This document shows, in pieces, positions 18,259 to 25,026 of a stretch of DNA of 29,603 bases. Each line of letters opens with the position of its first letter. The stretch's first letter is position 1. This DNA is from a virus. Taxonomy: Duplodnaviria > Caudoviricetes. The stretch is from IMG/VR virus record IMGVR_UViG_3300027467_000156, positions 1 to 29,603 of that record; one strand, written 5' to 3'. Position numbers and translations under genes: made by a program. Below the pieces are notes generated by a model. The model saw only the letters and a list, made by a program, of their open reading frames with translations, had not been told where the DNA came from and ran no database searches.

Positions 18259-18308
18259 AAAAAGCCACGTAGGCAAGCAGCTCTAAGGGGCTGCGTAACT
18301 ACGTGGCT
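18259..18308 (-). terminator. Intrinsic terminator after the tail tube gene
   Basis: AGCCACGTAG-ttac-GCAGC-cccttaga-GCTGC-ttgc-CTACGTGGCT-TTTT: long interrupted hairpin plus U-tract. Confidence 0.8.
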
Positions 18309-18313
18309 AAGTT

Positions 18314-18353
18314 GCGTGGCTGCAGCGCTGCGTGGCTGCAGCGCGGCTTAGGC
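18314..18353. repeat. 8-bp tandem microrepeats (GCnnnGCT-like) at the tail tube stop
   Basis: gcgtggct|gcagcgct|gcgtggct|gcagcgcg|gcttaggc. Confidence 0.7.
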
Positions 18354-19511
18354 GAAGACGAGGCGGAACTCGTCGTTACCAGCGGTCGAGGGGACGAAGG
18401 TGGCGGGCAGGGACAGCATGTGGATGCCGTCCTGGTCGGAGTAGGACGGGTCGCCGATGTCGAGGCGGCTGGATTGCAGAGCGACAATGTTGCCGCCAGT
18501 GTTGCCGTGGATGAAGGACAACTCACCAAGGGTGCCGTCCGTGAGGGCGGCGGTGAAATAGTCCTTCTCAGCGATGGTCGGAGCTTCGATGACGACGGTA
18601 CCGGTGGTAGCACGGTCGGTGATCAGCACCTGCTTAGTGCAGTTCACCAGTTCGCGGTAGACGGTGGTGACGCCAAGGTCCATCGAGACGGACTGGAGGC
18701 AACCGCTGTAGCCCAGCAGGGTGAAAGCGCCGCTGTTGCCTGCCTTGAAGATTTGCGGGGTGGCTTGGTCCGCGTAGGTGACGGTTGGGGCAGCGGTGTC
18801 GGTGGGGGCGTTGTAGATGCCGGTCATCGTGAAGTCGATGGACGGGATCTGACCAACTTGGGGGTTGAGGGTGAAGGTACCCCGGCAACCGGTCAGCTTG
18901 TGAAGCACACCATCAATGTTGTAGTAGATGGTGGCCGAGCCAAACGAGCTGCTTACTGGGGTGTAGACCACCTGAGCGTCGATGCTGTAGACGCTGGTGT
19001 TGCTGAACGTGACCGCGCCGCTAAGGGGGCGAACCGTGGCAACTTTGGTCGAGCCGACGTAGGCGGTGATCAGTGCGATCGTGCCGGCGCCGGAGCCGGC
19101 AGTGATGCGAATGATCTGACCTTTGTAGAAGTCGTTGGTGGCGCTGGCCCCAGCAGCAAGGGTGATGCTGTTGCTGGCGCCTGCGGTGGCGGTGCCAGTT
19201 ACGGCGGGGGTAATCGTGGTCGCAGCCAGGCCGCACGCTTTCAGCACGGAGTCGTAGCGCGGAGCGGTGCCGGCGGTGCCGGAACCTGCCATCTCAACGC
19301 TGAACGTGCATTGAACGCGAGTGTTGGCCAGAAGCTGCTCAGATGCGCCCAGGTAGGGGCGAACCAGATCACGGCCCACCACATCACTCTGCATCGGAGT
19401 GATTTCCAGGTTGCGCACCAGGATGGCGTCGGCACCGCCGGGGGTGCTGTCCGTCCCGTAGGTGGATTCCGTTTTCGCCAGAATCAGGCGTTTGCGTGTA
19501 AGGAGGGGCAT
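18348..19511 (-). CDS. Major tail (tube) protein with an inserted ~75-aa domain (387 aa)
   Basis: LILAKTESTYGTD, RDLVRPYLG, LKACG and HKLTGCRGTF motifs. Upstream of the G/T chaperones and followed by a terminator. Confidence 0.9.
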   Translation of the reverse strand: MPLLTRKRLILAKTESTYGTDSTPGGADAILVRNLEITPMQSDVVGRDLVRPYLGASEQLLANTRVQCTFSVEMAGSGTAGTAPRYDSVLKACGLAATTITPAVTGTATAGASNSITLAAGASATNDFYKGQIIRITAGSGAGTIALITAYVGSTKVATVRPLSGAVTFSNTSVYSIDAQVVYTPVSSSFGSATIYYNIDGVLHKLTGCRGTFTLNPQVGQIPSIDFTMTGIYNAPTDTAAPTVTYADQATPQIFKAGNSGAFTLLGYSGCLQSVSMDLGVTTVYRELVNCTKQVLITDRATTGTVVIEAPTIAEKDYFTAALTDGTLGELSFIHGNTGGNIVALQSSRLDIGDPSYSDQDGIHMLSLPATFVPSTAGNDEFRLVFA

Positions 19512-19517
19512 CGTGAA

Positions 19518-19769
19518 TCACCGCTGAGGGGAATGGGGCAGCGTCCGCTCGACAAGGGTGCGGATGCCTGTAGCCGAGTCCAAGATGTAGGTGCCACCTT
19601 GGCCGCTGTAGTCCTCTTCAAGTGTAAGAGGCGTGGTTGCAACATCCTTAGCCTCACGCTTAGCAGAGACGCTAGGTGTGGTGTCGGTGAGCACGGGAGA
19701 ATCAAGCGATTCGTCGTCAGCAGAAAATGTTGAATCGTCTGCAGACGTGGGTGCCGTAGAGCGCGGCAT
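19518..19769 (-). CDS. Small hypothetical protein (83 aa), disordered acidic N-half and a GQGGTYILD motif
   Basis: Operon-oriented ORF filling the gap between the terminator and tube genes. C-terminal EEDYSGQGGTYILDSATGIRTLVERT looks ordered. Confidence 0.65.
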   Translation of the reverse strand: MPRSTAPTSADDSTFSADDESLDSPVLTDTTPSVSAKREAKDVATTPLTLEEDYSGQGGTYILDSATGIRTLVERTLPHSPQR

Positions 19770-19785
19770 AAGCCTTTGGCAGGTA

Positions 19786-19830
19786 AGTGTATGGTAGGCG
19801 GTGAGGGTTGTACTGCTTCGCGGTACTGCT
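19786..19830 (-). promoter_or_regulatory. Putative late promoter, copy 1 of AAGCAGTACAACCC-N6-CCTAC
   Basis: The 14-mer at 19805-19818 is identical to 26887-26900 and is followed by TACCAT/TACACT -10-like hexamers. A further AGCAGTAC lies at 19823-19830. Confidence 0.6.
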
Positions 19831-19870
19831 AAGTCACTAACTAGGACGAATAGCAGCGCACCACCGCAAC

Positions 19871-20296
19871 TTAGGCCGCCAAGCTACTTACGGAGGTGCG
19901 GTAAAGGACGCGGTAGGTGCAGTAGATGACGCCTACAGGGGTATCGGCTGCCTCCAAGGTGAACTTGGTGGGGCCTGGTTGGATGTCGATGGTCAGACCG
20001 CCCAGGCTCAGGTCGGCCATGAGTTTGGCATGGAGCGATTCGATGATGGGATCGGCGGCTTGATCGGGAACTGTGGCTCGGATGATGATGACGATGCGGA
20101 CGTTGAGGGAATGGTCGAGAGTGGGGAGGGATGTGTTCTGGGTAGGTGTGTCGGTATCGGGCTCGATGACGAGTGCAGGGGATTCGGCGCGGGTAAGAGG
20201 TTCGACACGGCTGCGGTAGATGCGTGTATCCACGCCAGTAGTACCAGCAAGCGCAGTGTGCAATGCGCTTAGGATCTGCTCACGCTTGGTAGTCAC
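19871..20296 (-). CDS. Tail terminator / tail completion protein (gpU-like, about 141 aa)
   Basis: TTKREQIL...RIYRSRVEPL.RAE.PAL...ADLSLGGL; position just before the tube gene. The likely start is GTG 20296 after AGGAG, not 20470. Confidence 0.75.
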   Translation of the reverse strand: MTTKREQILSALHTALAGTTGVDTRIYRSRVEPLTRAESPALVIEPDTDTPTQNTSLPTLDHSLNVRIVIIIRATVPDQAADPIIESLHAKLMADLSLGGLTIDIQPGPTKFTLEAADTPVGVIYCTYRVLYRTSVSSLAA

Positions 20297-20301
20297 GACA
20301 C

Positions 20302-20910
20302 TTAGCTCCTGACTTCGGTGGCCACGATTCGACCGCGTTGGAAGTCGATGGTAGTGGTGTCGCTGATGTTGGCGATGCGGACGCTGACTTCCTCGTTGGC
20401 GGCTACAGAGATCATCCAGCTGGTGGCCAGTTTGGCAATGGCGTTTCCGCTGGCGGAGTAGGCGCGACACTCGGAGGCGTCGATGAGGGTGCCGTTTTTG
20501 GCAAGTTTGATGCCGAGGACGTGGTTGTTACCAGCAGTGGCGTCGATGCTGGCGTAGAAGCGCAGCAGCTTGGTAGCGCCACTGGTGTTCTTGAGGGCAA
20601 AGAGGTCAGTGGTGCCAAGCGTCATACCGCTGGCGGTGGTGCTGTCAAAGGTGGCGGTGAGGCCGGTCGAGACGTAGGCGCCAGCGGTGGCGATGGCGAT
20701 AGTGCCGGAGGTCATGCGACTGGCTTGGCCGCGAACGTCGGCGCCGCTTAGGTAGTAGGGGAGGGCGTTCCAGGTGGTGGTGCCATCGCCAACCTTGATG
20801 CGACGGGTATCAGTCTCGATAGCTAGTTCGCGTAAGGCGAGGACGGGGTTGGTAGAGGCCCAATTGGCGGCGGTATCGCCGCGTGGCCGCACTCGGGCGA
20901 TGCTACTCAT
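20302..20910 (-). CDS. Neck/collar fibre-like protein with an Mtd_N / hyaluronidase-N-type anchor and a beta-rich C-terminal domain (202 aa)
   Basis: RVRPRGDTAANWASTNPVLALRELAIETDTRRIKVGDGTTTWNALPY is the characteristic N-terminal motif. The gene sits among the head-tail connector genes. Confidence 0.75.
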   Translation of the reverse strand: MSSIARVRPRGDTAANWASTNPVLALRELAIETDTRRIKVGDGTTTWNALPYYLSGADVRGQASRMTSGTIAIATAGAYVSTGLTATFDSTTASGMTLGTTDLFALKNTSGATKLLRFYASIDATAGNNHVLGIKLAKNGTLIDASECRAYSASGNAIAKLATSWMISVAANEEVSVRIANISDTTTIDFQRGRIVATEVRS

Positions 20911-21341
20911 GCCGCTCCACCATCGACTGTGTTTCCATCAATGTAGGTGGTAGGAGCGCTACCCCCGTCGATGTCTGGGTCGAGCTGAACTAGGCCAAGA
21001 TTGGTGATTGTGCCAGCGGCACCATTAGCGTCGATAGACGTAAGAGAAGTGGTGTGTGGCGTTTCGAGATCGCGCTGTAGGCAGATTTGTACCCACGCAC
21101 CATCGGTAAGTAGAGTGGTGGTTCTTACGGTGTATGGAACACCATTTACGCTTAGTTGTGCTCCGTACAGTAAACCACCAAACTTAGACGCTTCACAAGT
21201 AAGGGTGTAATCGGTACTGATTACCTGGCCGTCGAGGATCAACTCGCTGGGCATGTCGAGGATGCCCTGGCCGGTGGTGGAACCGGCGACGACATCCACG
21301 CCGAAGTCGGCTAGGTAGATGGAGGGGTCGTCAGTGAGCAT
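20907..21341 (-). CDS. Head-tail joining / head closure protein (gpFII-like) with a C-terminal extension (144 aa)
   Basis: YLADFGV...GILDMP...VISTDYTL...V.G..YTVR....DG pattern, then a ~50-aa tail ending IDGGSAP...VDGGAA. Confidence 0.7.
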   Translation of the reverse strand: MLTDDPSIYLADFGVDVVAGSTTGQGILDMPSELILDGQVISTDYTLTCEASKFGGLLYGAQLSVNGVPYTVRTTTLLTDGAWVQICLQRDLETPHTTSLTSIDANGAAGTITNLGLVQLDPDIDGGSAPTTYIDGNTVDGGAA

Positions 21342-21354
21342 GGCGGTAGGAATG

Positions 21355-21395
21355 AAAAAGCCGCTAGGCCTCGCAAAAGAGGAGGCTTAGCGGCT
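21355..21395 (-). terminator. Intrinsic terminator after the capsid/decoration genes
   Basis: AGCCGCTAAGCCTC-ctcttttgc-GAGGCCTAGCGGCT-TTTT (14-bp stem, one mismatch). Confidence 0.85.
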
Positions 21396-21415
21396 GAGGA
21401 CGGAAGCGACGCAGC

Positions 21416-21796
21416 TTACTGGTACTTCTTGACGCCGAGGCCGACCACGGAGATCACGGAGCTGGCGGTGCCCACTTTTTCGTAGACGTTGACGCGGACG
21501 TAGCGCTTCACGTCGTCCTTGGAGATGGTCGCTTTGCCGAGGTAGGCAGCGTTGCCGATGTCGTCGAAGGCGCCGCCGGTGATGGCGGTGAAGTTGTTGG
21601 CGCTCTCGTCGCTGTGCTCAAGGCGGACCTTGAAGCCGGCAGAGGCGCCAGCGGCGGTGGCTTGCATGACGAAAACCACGTCGCCGTCGTAGCCGAGGAG
21701 GTCAACACTGGTGGCCGCGCCCGTGGCGGTCACGGTGGCGGGGGCGTAAGCAGCGAAGTGCTGCAGCGCCTCGAAGTTGCGCTGGTTGAGGGCCAT
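21416..21796 (-). CDS. Putative capsid decoration / cement protein (126 aa)
   Basis: Small beta-rich protein (SVDLLGYDG...VRLEHSD...F..I.G...KRYVRV) after the capsid gene and before the terminator, with a strong C-ending codon bias like the capsid gene. Confidence 0.6.
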   Translation of the reverse strand: MALNQRNFEALQHFAAYAPATVTATGAATSVDLLGYDGDVVFVMQATAAGASAGFKVRLEHSDESANNFTAITGGAFDDIGNAAYLGKATISKDDVKRYVRVNVYEKVGTASSVISVVGLGVKKYQ

Positions 21797-21798
21797 GG

Positions 21799-22056
21799 TC
21801 AGTCAGGAGCGGTGGGGGCGGGTGAACGGCGGCGCGTCGCCGGCTTGGGGGAGGGGGCGATGGCCTGCGCGTCCGTGGAATCGGCCACGGCGGGAGCAGC
21901 CGGGCTGGGGGCGGAGGCTTGGGGAGCCTGGGCGGGCTTAGCCCGACCCAGACCCACCAGGAGCTGCCCTTCTGCTTCGCTCAGGTCGAGGATCTCGCCG
22001 GTGGACCGGGGAGTGCCACGAACCATCACGTCAGTTGTCAGCTCGTACCAGTTCAT
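21799..22056 (-). CDS. Small head-associated protein (gpFI-like position), Pro/Ala-rich tail (85 aa)
   Basis: TGATG-coupled to the capsid gene. GEILDLSEAEGQLLVGLGRA domain followed by a low-complexity C-terminus. Confidence 0.6.
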   Translation of the reverse strand: MNWYELTTDVMVRGTPRSTGEILDLSEAEGQLLVGLGRAKPAQAPQASAPSPAAPAVADSTDAQAIAPSPKPATRRRSPAPTAPD

Positions 22057-24935
22057 CAGGCGTTACCGGAGCCGAACACGAAGGCGGCGGGATTGCGCAG
22101 CCCGAAGTCCACGTCCTGGAAGGCCACGATGCGGGTCGTGCCCTTGGTGGAGTTGGTGTAGGGATCGACGGTGATGTCGACGCCGCTCCAGAAGCCGAAG
22201 ATGGCCTGCGAGAAGTCGCCGAAGAGGACGTTGGAGCCGATCAGCTGGTTGCTGACGCGGGCGCCGTAGCCGTTGACTTCGTTGTTCTCCCAGATCATCA
22301 TTTCGCTGTTCGCGTTGCGCAGGGTCTGCTTGAGAGCACCGCGCACGTGAGCGTTGCCCACGTAGAACATCGAGGCCACGTCGAGGTTGGCCACGGAAAC
22401 GGTGGTCTCCATGTTCACGTAGTCGGCGAAGTTGCCGAAGTAGTACGTGGTGCCGCCGATCGACTTGTTGGTGTTGGCGTCGCTGGTGAGGGTCTCGGTA
22501 CCCACGCCGGTGACGTTCTTGATGCCGAGGAGGGCGGAGGAGCCACCGGTGCCGTAGACGCCGGAGTAGTCGATGGCCAGGGCGATCGACTCGGCGAGGT
22601 CAGCGCGGACCATGGCTTCCACGTCCATGGACTGCTGCAGCATCAGCCGGCGGGTGATGTCCACGTAGCCGCCGAGCGACTTGGGGGTCATGGACAGCTG
22701 GCCCAGCGTGATGTTGGTCTCGCTGACCGCCACGTCCTCACCCACCCAGTAGGCGGTGGTGCTGCCGGTCTTCTTGGGGATGTCAACGTTGCCGACCAGG
22801 CCGGTGAGGGTGGTGACGTTGAGGCCGAGCAGTGCGGAGCGGTTGCGCACGAGGTCGATAAAGCTGCCAGTCAGCAGCTGGGTGTCGACCACGTAGCCGC
22901 CGGAGGAGGCGGTGCCGACCGACTGAGGGGCGCGTTGGGCGGGGGCGGCCATCACATCCCAAGGCATGACGATGCCTTTGGCGGCGCGGCCGAGCTTGGA
23001 CTCGGCGGCTTTGGAGCACTCCAGCTCGAAGGAGGCGGCTTCGCGAAGGCCGCGATCGGACGGATCGGCCAGATGGCGGATCACGTTCATCAGGCTGTAG
23101 CGCTTGACCTCAGCAGAGGTCAGGCCGATAGAGGCAGCGCCATCGTCGTGGACGCGACCTTGAAACTCCTTGCGGGTGCGACCCAGCTGCCCGAGGACGG
23201 CCTCGCGGGCTTGATCGAGCGTGGCGTCTTCGTTGATCAGGCGCTCAGCCAGGTCGTTACCGACTTGGTGCTGGTCGCACATGGCACGGATGGCCGAAAC
23301 GCGCTCACGCTCGGATTGCCGAGCGGCGGTTTGGACCTCCTGAACGTTGATGTTGGTGTCCATAGGAGGAGGATCTTGGGGGGTGTCAGCTCCGCGCTCG
23401 GCGGTCTGCTTAGCTTCAAGTGTAGTGGTTGACGCTTGAATTGCTGCTGGACTCGTAGCTGGAGTGGCAGTGTTTTCGTTGTCACCTTGGGCGCGACCAA
23501 GGCCAACTGTTTGGTCGGCCGGCACGCTTACCGACGATACTTCCAGTACGTTCCACCGGGTTACGTGGAAATCGCCGTTGGTTGCTTCGCGGACATCGTT
23601 GATTTCATAGGCGAAGGATACGTTGGGGGTGATGCCCGCTTCGATGTCCTTACGGCGCTTGTACTCTTCGGTGCCCTTTTCGGTGGTGTTTGGGCTCCAC
23701 TTTGTTTTGACGTAGAGGCGGCGGTCATCGCCGAGCCACGCTTTTTCGGCGACGCCGAGCACAACATCGCGGTTGTGGTTCCAGAGCCATGCGCCGCCGT
23801 CGTTCATGCGGGCCAGGTCCATCGAGTCTGCGTCGTGGACCAAGATTTCGCGGCCCCACCAGCGCTCAACGGGCGCTTCGGAGCTGAAGCTAAAGGTAAG
23901 GCCGGCGTCGGTACGCTCCTCGACGCGGAGCCCCTGCGGAGCTTCCCGCCGATGGACCTCCTTATTGATGGATTTGATGTCGATGGCGATAGTCATGGCC
24001 TTACCTGTTGCGGGCTCGAACAAAATGGGCGTGTAGTCGTGATTGCTAAGCCACGTCTTAGCTTCGCTCACTGTAAACACTGCGGCATCGAATCGAAGTG
24101 CTTGTAGGCGGAGGGGGTCGTCACCACTGATTCCATAGATCGAGTCGATGCCCTGCGCAAAGTCGTTGTTCTTACGGCGGAAGCGCTCGAACTGGTCGGG
24201 GTCGAGGAGACGAGCGGCGTGCTCGTTGGGGTAGGGGCGCTGTTCGGTGGAGGAAGGGGCGGAGCGATTGTCTTCGTCGTGATTGTTGGATGAGGGCGCG
24301 GACAGGGGGTTGATTTTGCGGAGCGTGGAGAACTTGTGACCTACGAGGGTTTCCGTTTCCTCCCAACCGTCTTGCTTGGCGCGGTAGATGCGGATGAGCG
24401 CGGCGGGGTCTTCGGCGGTGGCTTCGATGCTGAAGGAGCTGTCGGGAACGCCGAGGGTGCCTTCGCGCATGATGTGCTCGATGCGACCACGGGCCGTGCC
24501 GCCGCTGGATTGCCATGACACGAAGTCCCCTTCGCTCAGGGCGTCGGGGGCAGCGCGGTAAGTGACGTGATCAGGAGGAGTGTGGGACTTGGACTCGGCG
24601 CGGTCAATGCGGGCGGCGCGGGCGTCGCTCCAGCTCTTACCGGCGTCACCTCCCCATGCAGCCCACGCGACGCGACCGGGGGAGGGGTAGCCGGGCTCTC
24701 CTTGGCTGAAGCCTTCACCCTGCTTATCGACTTCGTGGCGAGCGAACCACGCGCTCATGGTCTTCACGGTCTCGGGACTCAGTTCGTCGCCGCTAAGGAT
24801 CTGGGATGCGCGGGTGGCTGCGACATCCGTGCCACCATCGCGCCCTTCCTCTTTCCAGGCGCGGTAGCGTTCTGCCTCCTCACGCATACCTGATGTAGGC
24901 ATCAGGTCGATTTCAGTGCCGTTGACGTTAGCCAT
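22056..24935 (-). CDS. Polyprotein: three accessory N-terminal domains, HK97-family prohead protease, scaffold and major capsid protein (959 aa)
   Basis: Protease motifs FSFSSE, LWNHNRD, NVSFAY, LEVSSVSVPAD. Scaffold-like ERERVSAIRAMC. HK97-fold capsid motifs GGYVV, AYWVGE, FGDFSQ, VDPYT. One uninterrupted frame. Confidence 0.95.
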   Translation of the reverse strand: MANVNGTEIDLMPTSGMREEAERYRAWKEEGRDGGTDVAATRASQILSGDELSPETVKTMSAWFARHEVDKQGEGFSQGEPGYPSPGRVAWAAWGGDAGKSWSDARAARIDRAESKSHTPPDHVTYRAAPDALSEGDFVSWQSSGGTARGRIEHIMREGTLGVPDSSFSIEATAEDPAALIRIYRAKQDGWEETETLVGHKFSTLRKINPLSAPSSNNHDEDNRSAPSSTEQRPYPNEHAARLLDPDQFERFRRKNNDFAQGIDSIYGISGDDPLRLQALRFDAAVFTVSEAKTWLSNHDYTPILFEPATGKAMTIAIDIKSINKEVHRREAPQGLRVEERTDAGLTFSFSSEAPVERWWGREILVHDADSMDLARMNDGGAWLWNHNRDVVLGVAEKAWLGDDRRLYVKTKWSPNTTEKGTEEYKRRKDIEAGITPNVSFAYEINDVREATNGDFHVTRWNVLEVSSVSVPADQTVGLGRAQGDNENTATPATSPAAIQASTTTLEAKQTAERGADTPQDPPPMDTNINVQEVQTAARQSERERVSAIRAMCDQHQVGNDLAERLINEDATLDQAREAVLGQLGRTRKEFQGRVHDDGAASIGLTSAEVKRYSLMNVIRHLADPSDRGLREAASFELECSKAAESKLGRAAKGIVMPWDVMAAPAQRAPQSVGTASSGGYVVDTQLLTGSFIDLVRNRSALLGLNVTTLTGLVGNVDIPKKTGSTTAYWVGEDVAVSETNITLGQLSMTPKSLGGYVDITRRLMLQQSMDVEAMVRADLAESIALAIDYSGVYGTGGSSALLGIKNVTGVGTETLTSDANTNKSIGGTTYYFGNFADYVNMETTVSVANLDVASMFYVGNAHVRGALKQTLRNANSEMMIWENNEVNGYGARVSNQLIGSNVLFGDFSQAIFGFWSGVDITVDPYTNSTKGTTRIVAFQDVDFGLRNPAAFVFGSGNA

Positions 24936-24970
24936 AAGGGGGAAGCGATGTGGTCAGCGTAAGTGGCGTG

Positions 24971-25026
24971 GCTTAGCTGCTTAGCGGCTTAGCTGCCTGG
25001 CTGCTTAGCTGCTTGGCTGCTTAGGT
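24971..25026. repeat. Seven tandem copies of an 8-bp unit (consensus GCTTAGCT) across the portal stop codon
   Basis: gcttagct|gcttagcg|gcttagct|gcctggct|gcttagct|gcttggct|gcttaggt. Confidence 0.9.

Noticed and set aside
19794-19830. NtcA box (GTA-N8-TAC) in the repeated promoter motif
   Set aside because: The GTA-to-TAC spacing is not 8 nt in either copy.
18303-23432. Long plus-strand ORFs (18303..19733, 22035..23432 and similar)
   Set aside because: They are antisense shadows of GC3-biased structural genes, with no recognisable motifs.
24971-25026. CRISPR array
   Set aside because: The units are 8 bp and contiguous, with no spacers and no cas genes.
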